From positions 8,173-72,172 of the forward strand of contig JBFMEN010000029.1 in assembly GCA_040753435.1 (NCBI GenBank): DNA of 64,000 nucleotides, written 5' to 3'. The translations under genes and the position numbers were made by a program. A model generated the notes under the pieces. The model did not search any database. It saw only the letters and a program-made list of their open reading frames with translations, and had not been told where the DNA came from. Position 1 is the stretch's first letter. Each line of letters begins with the position of its first letter. Positions 1 to 12,156 of the stretch are shown in pieces. This DNA is from Candidatus Omnitrophota bacterium (GTDB taxonomy: Bacteria > Omnitrophota > Gorgyraeia > Zapsychrales > JANLHA01).

Positions 1-345
1 ACCGACGCGTTTCCCGTCAGGGCTAATAAAAACAGCGGTGTTATAAACCTTGTTTTCCGAAGGAATTTTTTCATAAATCGATCCCAGCACAATAAACGTC
101 TTTGTTTCTTTGGCCACGCCCTCAAAAAGCCTGACAGTCGGGCCTTTGAGGGTTTCTGCGACTTTTTTTTGTATCGTCTCAAGCGGCGTTTTGCCCCGGA
201 AAGAAAAGCATTCAGGGAAAAGAATCAACCGTGCCCCCTGAGCGGCGGCCTCTCTTGCAAAATTCTCGGCCCGACAGAGATTTTTTTCTTTGTTTACCCC
301 TGCCTTCATTTGAATCAAGGCGATTTTTAGATTATTCACACCCAT
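1..345 (-). CDS. Carbon-nitrogen hydrolase (nitrilase/Nit family), 3' end outside window
   Basis: Manual translation from ATG at 345: MGVNNLKIALIQMKAGVNKEKNLCRAENFAREAAAQGARLILFPECF, the typical nitrilase-superfamily N-terminus with catalytic Glu in FPE; runs off the window edge. Confidence 0.85.
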   Translation of the reverse strand, partial: MGVNNLKIALIQMKAGVNKEKNLCRAENFAREAAAQGARLILFPECFSFRGKTPLETIQKKVAETLKGPTVRLFEGVAKETKTFIVLGSIYEKIPSENKVYNTAVFISPDGKRVG

Positions 346-402
346 CGCATATCCTGTGGAAAACTTTTCTAAGAAAAATTTCCCTTAACAGCCTTTTATA
401 CT

Positions 403-426
403 AAAAAAGCCCGTCACAAGACGGGC
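403..426 (-). terminator. Rho-independent terminator downstream of tRNA-Glu
   Basis: GCCCGTC-acaa-GACGGGC hairpin (409-426) followed by a T6 run on the minus strand. Confidence 0.75.
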
Positions 427-453
427 CTTAATGTAAACTATAATTTTATAAAA

Positions 454-527
454 CGACCCCAGCGGGATTTGAACCCGCGTTGCAAGAATGAAAATCTTGA
501 GTCCTGACCAGGCTAGACGATGAGGTC
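454..527 (-). tRNA. tRNA-Glu (TTC)
   Basis: Reverse complement folds as a cloverleaf: acceptor GACCTCA/TGGGGTC, anticodon stem CAAGA/TCTTG with loop TT-TTC-AT, T-loop GGTTCAAATCC; CCA not encoded. Confidence 0.95.
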
Positions 528-589
528 AATATTCCTAAAAACTTGTTTTTTTCCTGGTTAATCCTTCTTTTAACAAAAAAGGTTTTGCT

Positions 590-617
590 ATTATAATAAA
601 TATTCACCACAGGTCAA
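590..617 (-). promoter_or_regulatory. Sigma70-type promoter for tRNA-Glu
   Basis: TTGACC-N16-TATAAT on the minus strand. Confidence 0.6.
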
Positions 618-637
618 GATGTTTTTAGGCGGTCGTT

Positions 638-3106
638 TTAGATATTCCCGTACGCCAGGCTGCTTGAACTGACCGCATTGGCCACAGAAGTAACCTTGTC
701 TGTTTTGTTTAGAGAAATCAATCTGACTCCCTGCGTACTTCTTCCACAAAGCCTGATATCTTTAACGGGACACCTTACAACCATTCCTTCCTGGGTAATG
801 ACCATAATCTCGTCATCTTCGTGAACGGTTGAAATGCCGACAACCATTCCGTTTTTCTCTGTTGTCTTTAAATTAATAATGCCCTTCCCTCCTCGAGACT
901 GAACACGGTAGTCATCAAAAGATGATCTCTTGGCATAGCCTAAGGAAGACGTGGTTAACAGAGTTGCTCCTGTCTTGCTGATATCAGTTGGAAAAACCTG
1001 CATCCCAACCACAACATCCCCTTTCGCAAGATTAATTCCCCTCACGCCTTTAGCCCCCCGGCCCATGACCCTTAGATTCTTTTCCGGAAAACGCAGGGAT
1101 TTTCCCTGCCGGGTAGCAAGCAATATTTCATGTTTGCCATTACTGATGGCCGTTCCAATCAAATGGTCCCCTGTTTCCAAAGAAACCGCGATAATACCGG
1201 CCTTCCGGGGATTGCTGAAAGCGGACAGTTCTGTTTTCTTGATCGTTCCTTGCGCTGTTGCCATGACAACATATTGATCTTCAGGGAACGATTGCACGGC
1301 TAAAATGGAAGTGAGCTTTTCCTGGCCCTCCAAAGACAATAAATTCACAATGGCTTTCCCTTTGGCGCCCCGCGATGCGATCGGGATCTCGTAAACCTTC
1401 AGCCAATACACCCTCCCCTGATCGGTAAAAATCAACAGATAGTCTTTTGACGACGCCACGAATAAATGCTGAACGAAGTCTTCTTCCTTGATTTTCATGG
1501 CGCTAACGCCTTTTCCTCCCCGCTTCTGTTTTCGATATGCGCTAACCGCAAGCCTTTTGATATAGCCGGTGTTGCTAATGGTAATCGCCATATCTTCTTC
1601 TACAATCAAGTCCTCCACTTCAATCTCATCGGCTTTCCCTGCGATTTCGGTTCGGCGTTCATCGCCATACTTGCTTTTAATCAGGTTCAGCTCTTCTTTA
1701 ATCAAATCATCGACCATTTTAGGAGTCGACAAAATAGCGCGGTATTTTTTGATCTCTTCCTGAAGGGCTTTGTATTCCTCCTCGATCTTGGAACGCTCCA
1801 AAGCTGTTAACCGCTGAAGCTGCATTTCAAGGATCGCCTGGGACTGCATTTCCGTTAACTTAAACTTTTTCATCAAATTGGTTTTGGCTTCTACAGCGCT
1901 TTTGGAGCCGCGGATGGTTTTGATAATTTCATCGATTGCATCTATGGCAATCCTCAATCCTTCCAAAATATGCGCTCGCTTTAACGCCCGATCCAAATCA
2001 AACTGCGTTCTGCGCCTGATCACTTCCCGCCGATGCTGAACATATTCATCAATGAGCTGTTTTAACGAAAGGACTCTGGGTGCGTTGTGGACCAATGCGA
2101 GGTTGATAATCCCGAACGTGGTCTCCATCTGGGTATGCTTATACAACTGGTTTAAAACCACTTCGGGCTGAACATCGCGTCGCAGTTCAATCACAACACG
2201 AATGCCGTCTTTGTCAGACTCATCACGAAGATCGACTATCCCGTCGATGGTTTTATTTTGAACCAGGCCGGCAATGCTGGTGATTAAATTTGCCTTGTTC
2301 ACCTGATACGGGATCTCGGTGATAACGATCATGTCTTTGTTGTTTTTTTGCCGTTCAATAGAAGCCCTCGCGCGAAGAAGGATCTTTCCCCGACCGGTTT
2401 CAAAAGCGTCCTTAATGCCCTCTCGTCCGCAAATAATCCCGCCGGTAGGAAAATCCGGACCTTTTATAAATTTCATCAGGTCCTTCACCGCCGCTTCAGG
2501 ATTATCAATAAAAAAAATAATGCCGTCGATAACCTCGGACAGGTTGTGCGGGGCCATGTTCGTTGCCATCCCAACGGCGATCCCGCTGGATCCATTCACG
2601 AGAAGATTGGGAAGCACTGCAGGCAGCACCCTTGGCTCCTGAAGCGTAGAATCAAAATTTGGGGCAAAATCAACGGTGCCTTTATCGATGTCGGCAAGCA
2701 TGAACGCGGAAACAGCTGAAAGCCTGGCTTCGGTATAACGCATCGCTGCGGCAGAATCTCCATCGATGGATCCAAAATTTCCCTGTCCTTCGATTAAAGG
2801 ATACCTCAATGAAAAATCCTGAACCATGCGGACCATGGTTTCATAAACCGCAGCATCCCCGTGAGGATGATATTTGCCAAGCACTTCACCGACGATACGT
2901 GCGCTTTTCTTATATGGCTTGGTATGATCCATATTAAGCTCGTTCATGGCAAACAAGATTCTTCGGTGAACGGGCTTCAGTCCATCCCTCACATCAGGAA
3001 GCGCTCGTCCAACAATGACGCTCATGGAGTACGCCAGGTAAGAATTTTTCATTTCGTCTTCAACCAAAACCGGAATGATCTTTTCTTTAATCGCAGAACT
3101 GTTCAT
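638..3106 (-). CDS. gyrA: DNA gyrase subunit A
   Basis: [28 protein letters not shown] catalytic Tyr, GyrA-box QKRGGKG and C-terminal beta-pinwheel repeats. Confidence 0.98.
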   Translation of the reverse strand: MNSSAIKEKIIPVLVEDEMKNSYLAYSMSVIVGRALPDVRDGLKPVHRRILFAMNELNMDHTKPYKKSARIVGEVLGKYHPHGDAAVYETMVRMVQDFSLRYPLIEGQGNFGSIDGDSAAAMRYTEARLSAVSAFMLADIDKGTVDFAPNFDSTLQEPRVLPAVLPNLLVNGSSGIAVGMATNMAPHNLSEVIDGIIFFIDNPEAAVKDLMKFIKGPDFPTGGIICGREGIKDAFETGRGKILLRARASIERQKNNKDMIVITEIPYQVNKANLITSIAGLVQNKTIDGIVDLRDESDKDGIRVVIELRRDVQPEVVLNQLYKHTQMETTFGIINLALVHNAPRVLSLKQLIDEYVQHRREVIRRRTQFDLDRALKRAHILEGLRIAIDAIDEIIKTIRGSKSAVEAKTNLMKKFKLTEMQSQAILEMQLQRLTALERSKIEEEYKALQEEIKKYRAILSTPKMVDDLIKEELNLIKSKYGDERRTEIAGKADEIEVEDLIVEEDMAITISNTGYIKRLAVSAYRKQKRGGKGVSAMKIKEEDFVQHLFVASSKDYLLIFTDQGRVYWLKVYEIPIASRGAKGKAIVNLLSLEGQEKLTSILAVQSFPEDQYVVMATAQGTIKKTELSAFSNPRKAGIIAVSLETGDHLIGTAISNGKHEILLATRQGKSLRFPEKNLRVMGRGAKGVRGINLAKGDVVVGMQVFPTDISKTGATLLTTSSLGYAKRSSFDDYRVQSRGGKGIINLKTTEKNGMVVGISTVHEDDEIMVITQEGMVVRCPVKDIRLCGRSTQGVRLISLNKTDKVTSVANAVSSSSLAYGNI

Positions 3107-3169
3107 AAATCCAATCGCCTTTCACATTAATCATTGTGTATAAACCGCCCGGGCCTATACACCAAAATA

Positions 3170-5895
<2,726 letters not shown>

Positions 5896-5917
5896 CTCAA
5901 TCTTTTTTTTCTTTTTG

Positions 5918-7006
5918 TTAGATCCTCATCGGAAGCGCAAGATATAAATAATCCGTAAGCCTGATGACACCCGCTTTATCCGGCCCAAACAATTCCAGGG
6001 CAACGAACTCATCGTTGATGTTTTTCAATACATCAATCATAAACTGCGGATTAAATCCAACTACGATTTCTTTCCCGGTGTATTCAATGGGAACTTCTTC
6101 CCTGGATTCTCCGATATTCGGCGTTGATTTTGAAACAACCAGTTTATCGACAAAGACCTCAAATTTGATTGCCTGAAAATCGGGGGTTGCCAAAAGATTG
6201 GCTCTTTTGATGGCGCTTAAAAAATCCTGGGTGTTTATTTTTATCTTTGGCACGCTTGATTTCGGAATAACCTGATTATAATTAGGAAACTCCCCTTCAA
6301 TAATTCTAGTAGCAATCAACACCCCCTGGATATCAAATAAAACCTGATTCATTCCTTTAATAATGGAAATGTTTCCTTCTTCTTTCAGATTCCGATAAAT
6401 TTCCTGAATGGCTTTAATTGGAATAATAACAGATGTATCGTTTTTGGATGGTTCAATAAGACTTTTTTCAACTTTTGCAAGCCTGCGGCCATCTGTTGCC
6501 ACCATACGGATCATCTGTTCTTGAATTTCCAACAATATTCCATTAAGAATATATCTTGATTCTTCATGAGAAACAGCAAACTGGGTCAACCGTATCATTT
6601 CATGAAACTCTTTTTGTCCAATCGTTACCGCATCTTTGCTTTTAAAATCAGGGAATTTCGGAAATTCTTCTTTGGGTAATCCAATCAGCTTAAACCGGCA
6701 TTTTTTTCCTTCGATATCGATCTGGTTATTTTTTTTAACTGTAATAAAGATATCCCCAGACGGCATTTCTTTAACAATATCGCTAAACCGTTTAGCTGGA
6801 ATGGTTATGGCTCCTTCTTCAAGTGTTTCCACAGGTAATTCACAGGAAATACCGATATCAAGATCTGTGGTATTAAGCCTGACCATGTCATGCTTTGTTT
6901 CAATCAACATATTGGATAAAATCGGCAATGTAACTTTTGAGGATACTATATTTTGTACTGTCATAATACCTTGTAACAAGTGTTCTTTGGCGATTTTAAT
7001 TCTCAT
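5918..7006 (-). CDS. dnaN: DNA polymerase III beta clamp
   Basis: TLPILSN, ATDGRRL, GEFPNY, C-terminal LPMRI; follows dnaA. Confidence 0.97.
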   Translation of the reverse strand: MRIKIAKEHLLQGIMTVQNIVSSKVTLPILSNMLIETKHDMVRLNTTDLDIGISCELPVETLEEGAITIPAKRFSDIVKEMPSGDIFITVKKNNQIDIEGKKCRFKLIGLPKEEFPKFPDFKSKDAVTIGQKEFHEMIRLTQFAVSHEESRYILNGILLEIQEQMIRMVATDGRRLAKVEKSLIEPSKNDTSVIIPIKAIQEIYRNLKEEGNISIIKGMNQVLFDIQGVLIATRIIEGEFPNYNQVIPKSSVPKIKINTQDFLSAIKRANLLATPDFQAIKFEVFVDKLVVSKSTPNIGESREEVPIEYTGKEIVVGFNPQFMIDVLKNINDEFVALELFGPDKAGVIRLTDYLYLALPMRI

Positions 7007-7059
7007 TATTAACTCCTGAATAGATTTAACAAGCGGGTTAATTATTATTTTAAGATCAT

Positions 7060-7153
7060 GTAACAGTCGTATTAGTAAGACCTGGGGATAATGTGTATAG
7101 AATCAAAAACGGCTGAAAATAAATAAGATACGAAAAAAATTTTTGTTAATAAG
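7060..7153 (-). promoter_or_regulatory. oriC: oriC unwinding subregion: tandem DnaA boxes followed by a DnaA-trio array
   Basis: Minus strand reads CTATACACA (7092-7100) TTATCCCCA (7083-7091) GG then TCT-TAC-TAA-TAC-GAC-TGT-TAC (7060-7080) and an AT-rich tract; degenerate box TTATTAACA at 7145-7153. Confidence 0.7.
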
Positions 7154-7170
7154 GTGTTGCTTTTATTTGC

Positions 7171-8538
7171 TTATGTTTTAAGTCGTGTTAATAACGTGTT
7201 AATTTTGTTTTGAAGAGATGAATCCCCTTTCATCTCTTCTTCCATTTTTTTACATGAATGAAGGACAGTTGTATGATCTCTGCCCCCAAAAACAGCGCCG
7301 ATTTCCGGATAAGATAAATCCGTTAATTTTCTTGTTAAATAAATACAAACCTGTCTGGGAATAATAATGTTCCGGCTTCTTCGTTTTGATTTGATTTCTG
7401 TAATGGAAACATTAAAAAATTCAGCAACCTCTTTTTGAATCATATCAGTACTGATTGTTTTTACTGTTTCTTTAACCATATCTTTTAAAACGACCCGGGC
7501 AATATCCAGACACACCGGTTTTTCGTCTAATAAGGAATACGCAACAACTCTGATCAGCGCCCCCTCCAGCTCCCGGATATTGGTCTGAATTTGTTGGGCG
7601 ATAAACATGATAACTTCATCTGGAACCTCAACAGGTTCCCGCTCCAGTTTTTTCCTTAAGATGGCGACGCGGGTTTCAAAATCAGGAGGTTGTATATCAG
7701 CAATCAATCCCCATGCGAATCTTGAACTAAGGCGTTCTTCTAAATTAGCGATTTCTCTTGGGGGACGATCCGAAGAAACAATTATTTGTTTATGGTTGTT
7801 GTGGAGGGTATTAAAAGTATGAAAAAATTCTTCCTGGGTAGACTCTTTTCCAGCAATAAAATGAATATCATCGATCAAAAGGACGTCAATATTGCGATAC
7901 CTGTCTTTAAATTGAGAGGTTGACCGGTGTCGAATGGCATTAATAAGATCATTTGTAAAGGTTTCCGACGATAAATAAACACACGTCAACGCCGGATGTC
8001 TTTTTTTGATCTCATGAGCAATGGATTGCATCAAATGAGTTTTTCCCAAACCAACCTGGCTATATAAAAATAACGGATTGTAGGATTTTGCGGGAGAATC
8101 CGCAACGGCCTGACAGGCGGCAAAAGCGAACCGGTTTGACGGGCCGACAACAAAATTATCAAAGGAAAAACGCGAGTTTAAATTAAGTTTTGTTGTTTCC
8201 TGTTGTCTGGGTAAAGACGGAGATTCAGTTGTTGCTGGACGGACATCCGACGAGGTTTTGGGATTTGAAGGGATCAGAGCCGCAGAAACAACGATTTCAA
8301 CAGAAGGGTTTTCGGTAAATCGAGAGGCTATATCAATAATCGTTTTGTGATAATGTTCAAGGATCCAGTTTTTAAAAAACTCGTCGGGAGTTTCAAAAAT
8401 AAGGCCGCGAGCGTCTTCAGTTACCTGTAACGCAGAAAACCATGTTTCAAATGAAGATTGTCCGATAGCGGTTTTTAAAGGTTCTTTGACTGAGTCCCAA
8501 AGATAAGGATTTTGCATAATATTTTTTAGTTCCGGCAA
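7171..8538 (-). CDS. dnaA: Chromosomal replication initiator DnaA (alternative start ATG at 8517)
   Basis: YNPLFLY..VGLGKTHL, LLIDDI, RELEGAL, GGRDHTTV domain IV. Confidence 0.98.
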   Translation of the reverse strand: MPELKNIMQNPYLWDSVKEPLKTAIGQSSFETWFSALQVTEDARGLIFETPDEFFKNWILEHYHKTIIDIASRFTENPSVEIVVSAALIPSNPKTSSDVRPATTESPSLPRQQETTKLNLNSRFSFDNFVVGPSNRFAFAACQAVADSPAKSYNPLFLYSQVGLGKTHLMQSIAHEIKKRHPALTCVYLSSETFTNDLINAIRHRSTSQFKDRYRNIDVLLIDDIHFIAGKESTQEEFFHTFNTLHNNHKQIIVSSDRPPREIANLEERLSSRFAWGLIADIQPPDFETRVAILRKKLEREPVEVPDEVIMFIAQQIQTNIRELEGALIRVVAYSLLDEKPVCLDIARVVLKDMVKETVKTISTDMIQKEVAEFFNVSITEIKSKRRSRNIIIPRQVCIYLTRKLTDLSYPEIGAVFGGRDHTTVLHSCKKMEEEMKGDSSLQNKINTLLTRLKT

Positions 8539-8645
8539 GCGTGGAAAACATGTCTATCGCAATGAATAAGGATTTTATTAACAGAGACAGATTATACAAA
8601 TCCTCAAAAAAAGAAAAAGAAAATCAAGATGACGGAATTAACAGG

Positions 8646-8665
8646 TTTTCCACAGCTGTGGATAA
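8646..8665. promoter_or_regulatory. Inverted pair of DnaA boxes upstream of dnaA
   Basis: TTTTCCACA (8646-8654) gc TGTGGATAA (8657-8665, perfect TTATCCACA on minus). Confidence 0.85.
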
Positions 8666-8710
8666 GTGTTAAAAAGATTGAAAAATTTTTATTCAGGGAA
8701 AAACTGTTTT

Positions 8711-8738
8711 ATTATATCAAACAAAAGTGATAATGCAA
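8711..8738 (-). promoter_or_regulatory. Putative dnaA promoter
   Basis: TTGCAT-N16-TATAAT with extended -10 TG on the minus strand, upstream of the DnaA boxes. Confidence 0.55.
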
Positions 8739-8835
8739 CCTTATTTTAACAACCCAAAATCCAGGGAAATCTTTAAAAAACGGCCGTAACTAGTTGAAAA
8801 ACAGTGTTTTTAACCCGTATTAAATTTTTAAAAAC

Positions 8836-8863
8836 TTGACTATTAAAAGGCCTATGTTATAAT
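8836..8863 (+). promoter_or_regulatory. rpmH promoter
   Basis: TTGACT-N16-TATAAT with TGn extended -10. Confidence 0.7.
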
Positions 8864-8872
8864 TGCTGCATT

Positions 8873-9010
8873 ATGAAAAAACATCTTAAGACACCAACGA
8901 ACTTAAAAGGCAAAAGAACCCATGGTTTTCGTGCACGAATGTCCTCACAGGACGGACAGGACGTGCTTAAACGCAGACGCCAAAAGGGTAGAAAAGCGCT
9001 TTCTATATAA
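8873..9010 (+). CDS. rpmH: 50S ribosomal protein L34 (not in the ORF track)
   Basis: Manual translation [45 protein letters not shown] with the HGFRARM signature; divergent from dnaA. Confidence 0.95.
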   Translation: MKKHLKTPTNLKGKRTHGFRARMSSQDGQDVLKRRRQKGRKALSI

Positions 9011-9071
9011 TCGGGTCTGCCCGTGCTCCTTTTATGATTAATTATGAATGGCGAGGGAGCAGGGAGGGTTC

Positions 9072-9281
9072 ATGAAAGAGATCATCTGTTTTTTTATTAA
9101 AACTTACCAAAAGGCAGCCAGTCCTTTTCTTCCACGAACATGCCGGTTTTATCCTTCCTGTTCTTCCTATGCTCTTCAGGCTATTGAACGGTACGGTGTA
9201 TTAAAAGGCGGAGTTAAGTTATTATCCAGGATTTTCAGATGCCATCCTTTTTCTAAAGGCGGCTATGATCCCTTGAGATAG
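9072..9281 (+). CDS. yidD: Membrane protein insertion efficiency factor YidD
   Basis: CRFYPSCSSY, RCHPFSKGGYDP; SD GGAGG before ATG 9072. Confidence 0.95.
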   Translation: MKEIICFFIKTYQKAASPFLPRTCRFYPSCSSYALQAIERYGVLKGGVKLLSRIFRCHPFSKGGYDPLR

Positions 9282-9291
9282 GATTCTTACA

Positions 9292-10884
9292 ATGGAAAAA
9301 AGAGTTATATTAGCAATTGTTTTATCTATGTCTATTTTATTTATATGGAATAGTATATTTCCTGCCCCCAAAAAACCAACAAAAGAGACCGAACCAGTTG
9401 CAAATAAAGAGGTTATAGAAAAACAGCGTTTGGCCCCGGCCAGTGTTGCCAAGCCGGTTGTGGAAAAAGAAGCAAAACCAGAAGAGACGGTTGTATTAAA
9501 AAATGAAAAGATAGAGGCTGTTTTTTCGACAAAAGACGGAATAATTAAAAAAATTAACATGGTTGATTATGATGCGGACTTACCGGTTGCTGGAATGTTT
9601 ACCTTAAAAGAATTCGGGGGGGGGGATTACAGTATTTCCAAAAAAACCGATACTGAAGTTGAATTTTCGGCAAATGTCGACGGAATTTTAATCCGCAAAA
9701 CATATCAACTTCCCGAAGGCGAATTTATTGTAAATGCAAAAATGGAAGCGGTTAATCAAAAAGGAGAGGCCGTTTCCTTGAATCCCGATATAAGCGGAAT
9801 GATTTTAGATATGGAAATGACGGAAGAATCGGCAGGGACAAGCCGGGACCGCAACCTGTTTGAATATTCTGCTTTTGTCGACGGAAAAGTCGTTCGTAAA
9901 ACAGGGGCTTTTGCATTTTCGGAAAAAGACTCAAAGCGAATTAATAAAAAAGTTGAGTGGCTGGGTTTCAGAAACCGTTATTTTGCTGCAATTATAAAAC
10001 CGCAGGACGAAGTTTCGGGATACGAATTTAAAACCGTCAGTAAACAAGAGCTTGAAATGGCGTTTTTAGTAGACGAAAAGGTTTTAAAACCCGGCGACAA
10101 CGCCGTTTTTTCTGCAGTTATATTCGCTGGCCCGCAAAAAGAGGATATTTTAACGGCATATAATATGGATTTTGAGAAAATTCATGTTTATTTTGGTATG
10201 GGTTTTTTTGATGCGATTGCCAAGATCATAGAAGATCTTATGAAGTTGTTTTATAAAATAATCCCAAATTGGGGCTTTTCCATTATTATTGTTAGTTTGC
10301 TTATTTATTTTTTGATGTATCCTTTGACCATGAAAAGCATGGTTTCCATGCGGAAAATGCAAAATTTACAGCCAAAAATCGCTGAAATACGCGAAAAATA
10401 TGAAAAAAACCCTCAAAAACTAAATCAAGAAATTATGAAGATTTACGGAGAGAATAAAATTAATCCGTTAGGGGGCTGTTTGCCGTTATTGTTTCAAATG
10501 CCCATTTTTATTGCTCTTTATCAAATGATTTGGCGTTCTGTTATTTTTAAGGGCGCAAGCTTTCTTTGGATTAAGGACCTTTCGATGCCGGATCGTCTTT
10601 TTGTTTTAGAGCAAAATTATCCCGTTATCGGAAATGAAATCAATTTACTTCCAATGGTTATATTGGCTTTAATGATTTTGCAGCAAAGAATGACGGCAAA
10701 AAATATGGTTTCAGCTGATCCCAATCAGATTGCCCAACAAAAAATGATGATGTTTGTTATGCCGGCGGTATTGCTTTTTGTTTTTTATCATTTAGGCAGC
10801 GGCCTGACGCTTTATTTAACCGTTTTTTATGTCATGTCATTATTTACACAATGGCAAGCATCTAAAATAATGAAAACAGTTTAA
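9292..10884 (+). CDS. yidC: Membrane protein insertase YidC
   Basis: N-terminal TM, periplasmic domain, NWGFSII, NPLGGCLPLLFQMP, FLWIKDLS. Confidence 0.97.
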   Translation: MEKRVILAIVLSMSILFIWNSIFPAPKKPTKETEPVANKEVIEKQRLAPASVAKPVVEKEAKPEETVVLKNEKIEAVFSTKDGIIKKINMVDYDADLPVAGMFTLKEFGGGDYSISKKTDTEVEFSANVDGILIRKTYQLPEGEFIVNAKMEAVNQKGEAVSLNPDISGMILDMEMTEESAGTSRDRNLFEYSAFVDGKVVRKTGAFAFSEKDSKRINKKVEWLGFRNRYFAAIIKPQDEVSGYEFKTVSKQELEMAFLVDEKVLKPGDNAVFSAVIFAGPQKEDILTAYNMDFEKIHVYFGMGFFDAIAKIIEDLMKLFYKIIPNWGFSIIIVSLLIYFLMYPLTMKSMVSMRKMQNLQPKIAEIREKYEKNPQKLNQEIMKIYGENKINPLGGCLPLLFQMPIFIALYQMIWRSVIFKGASFLWIKDLSMPDRLFVLEQNYPVIGNEINLLPMVILALMILQQRMTAKNMVSADPNQIAQQKMMMFVMPAVLLFVFYHLGSGLTLYLTVFYVMSLFTQWQASKIMKTV

Positions 10885-10885
10885 A

Positions 10886-11074
10886 ATGAACGAAAAAAAC
10901 GAACAAAAATGGAATTTTGAGGGTGTAACAGTAGAAGAAGCCATTCAAAATGCATTGAAAGAATTAAAATGCGACAGGGAAGATCTGCGGATTAAAGTTG
11001 TTAGCGAAGAAAAGAAGGGCCTTTTTGGAATGGAAGGGGCTGAGCCAGCCAAAATAGTCGTTTTTAAAAAGTAG
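10886..11074 (+). CDS. Stand-alone Jag N-terminal domain protein
   Basis: 62 aa G.TVEEAI..AL.EL...EEKKGLFG...A matches Jag_N; position after yidC; no KH/R3H domains. Confidence 0.8.
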   Translation: MNEKNEQKWNFEGVTVEEAIQNALKELKCDREDLRIKVVSEEKKGLFGMEGAEPAKIVVFKK

Positions 11075-11088
11075 TTTCACGTGAAACT
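11073..11088. promoter_or_regulatory. parS: parS site 1
   Basis: AGTTTCACGTGAAACT, a palindrome matching the TGTTTCACGTGAAACA consensus. Confidence 0.9.
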
Positions 11089-11115
11089 GTTTGGACATTA
11101 AAAATGTCCAAACAG
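11087..11115. repeat. Perfect 13-bp inverted repeat between the parS sites
   Basis: CTGTTTGGACATT-aaa-AATGTCCAAACAG. Confidence 0.8.
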
Positions 11116-11119
11116 AAAG

Positions 11120-11135
11120 TGTTTCATGTGGAACA
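11120..11135. promoter_or_regulatory. parS: parS site 2
   Basis: TGTTTCATGTGGAACA, two differences from consensus. Confidence 0.85.
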
Positions 11136-11283
11136 CGAAATGTCCAATCAAAAACTTCAAAAATTTATTTTCATAAATAATAATCGTGTTACAATATTAA
11201 AAAATTCAGTCCATGTTTTAAACGGATAAAGTTTATTTAAATTTAAAATGGACGCTTGGGGTATTGCATAAAAAGGAGGGGAC

Positions 11284-12138
11284 ATGTCAAAGGTTGTCTC
11301 TGTATGTAATCAAAAAGGCGGCACAGGGAAAACCACGACGGCGGTAAATTTGTCCTACGCGCTAGCTTCTCAAGGGAAGCAAATATTGTTAATTGATATA
11401 GATCCTCAAGGAAATGCGACGAGCGGCGTCGGAGTTAATAAAAACGTCCTTACCCAATCTGTTTATGACATGCTTTTAAATAAAGCGACGGCGGAAACAG
11501 TAGCGGTAAAAAATGTTTTTCCTAATCTTGATATCATTCCGTGCAATATTAATTTAACAGGCGCAGAAATTGAATTGGTCGGGGCTTTGTCCCGTGAGAC
11601 GCGCCTTAAACGGGCTATAGAAGAGTTCAAAAAAAACTATCATTACGTTATCATTGATTGCCCGCCGTCCTTAGGATTGCTTACGCTTAACGGCCTTGTC
11701 GCCAGCGAATCCATTATTATTCCCATACAATGTGAATTTTATGCTCTAGAAGGAGTCTCTCAGCTTTTAAACACGCTGAATTTGATAAAGGAAGGTCTTA
11801 ATCAAAATCTTTTTATTGAAGGCGTTTTGTTGACGATGGCGGATTATCGAACAAATTTGACTAATGAAGTTATTAATGAGATTAAGAGTTATTTTAAAGA
11901 AAAGGTTTATAAATCAGTAATCCCCAGAAATATCCGTTTAAGCGAGGCGCCCAGTTTTGGCAAGCCAATTCTGTGTTATGATCCCCTGTCTATTGGAGCA
12001 AAAAAATATGAGGAGCTTTCCATTGAATTTTTGGAAAGAAACGGAGAAAGTTGTAACATATTGAAAACAAAAGACTTAGAGCGTCAAGAGGCAACGGAAG
12101 AAAAAAATTCAGAAGGACCGGTTGAGGCTGTAGAATAA
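11284..12138 (+). CDS. parA: Chromosome partitioning ATPase ParA/Soj
   Basis: NQKGGTGKTT deviant Walker A, DIDPQGNAT, IDCPPSLG, RLSEAPSFG. Confidence 0.96.
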   Translation: MSKVVSVCNQKGGTGKTTTAVNLSYALASQGKQILLIDIDPQGNATSGVGVNKNVLTQSVYDMLLNKATAETVAVKNVFPNLDIIPCNINLTGAEIELVGALSRETRLKRAIEEFKKNYHYVIIDCPPSLGLLTLNGLVASESIIIPIQCEFYALEGVSQLLNTLNLIKEGLNQNLFIEGVLLTMADYRTNLTNEVINEIKSYFKEKVYKSVIPRNIRLSEAPSFGKPILCYDPLSIGAKKYEELSIEFLERNGESCNILKTKDLERQEATEEKNSEGPVEAVE

Positions 12139-12156
12139 AAAGAAGGAGGAGTTTTA

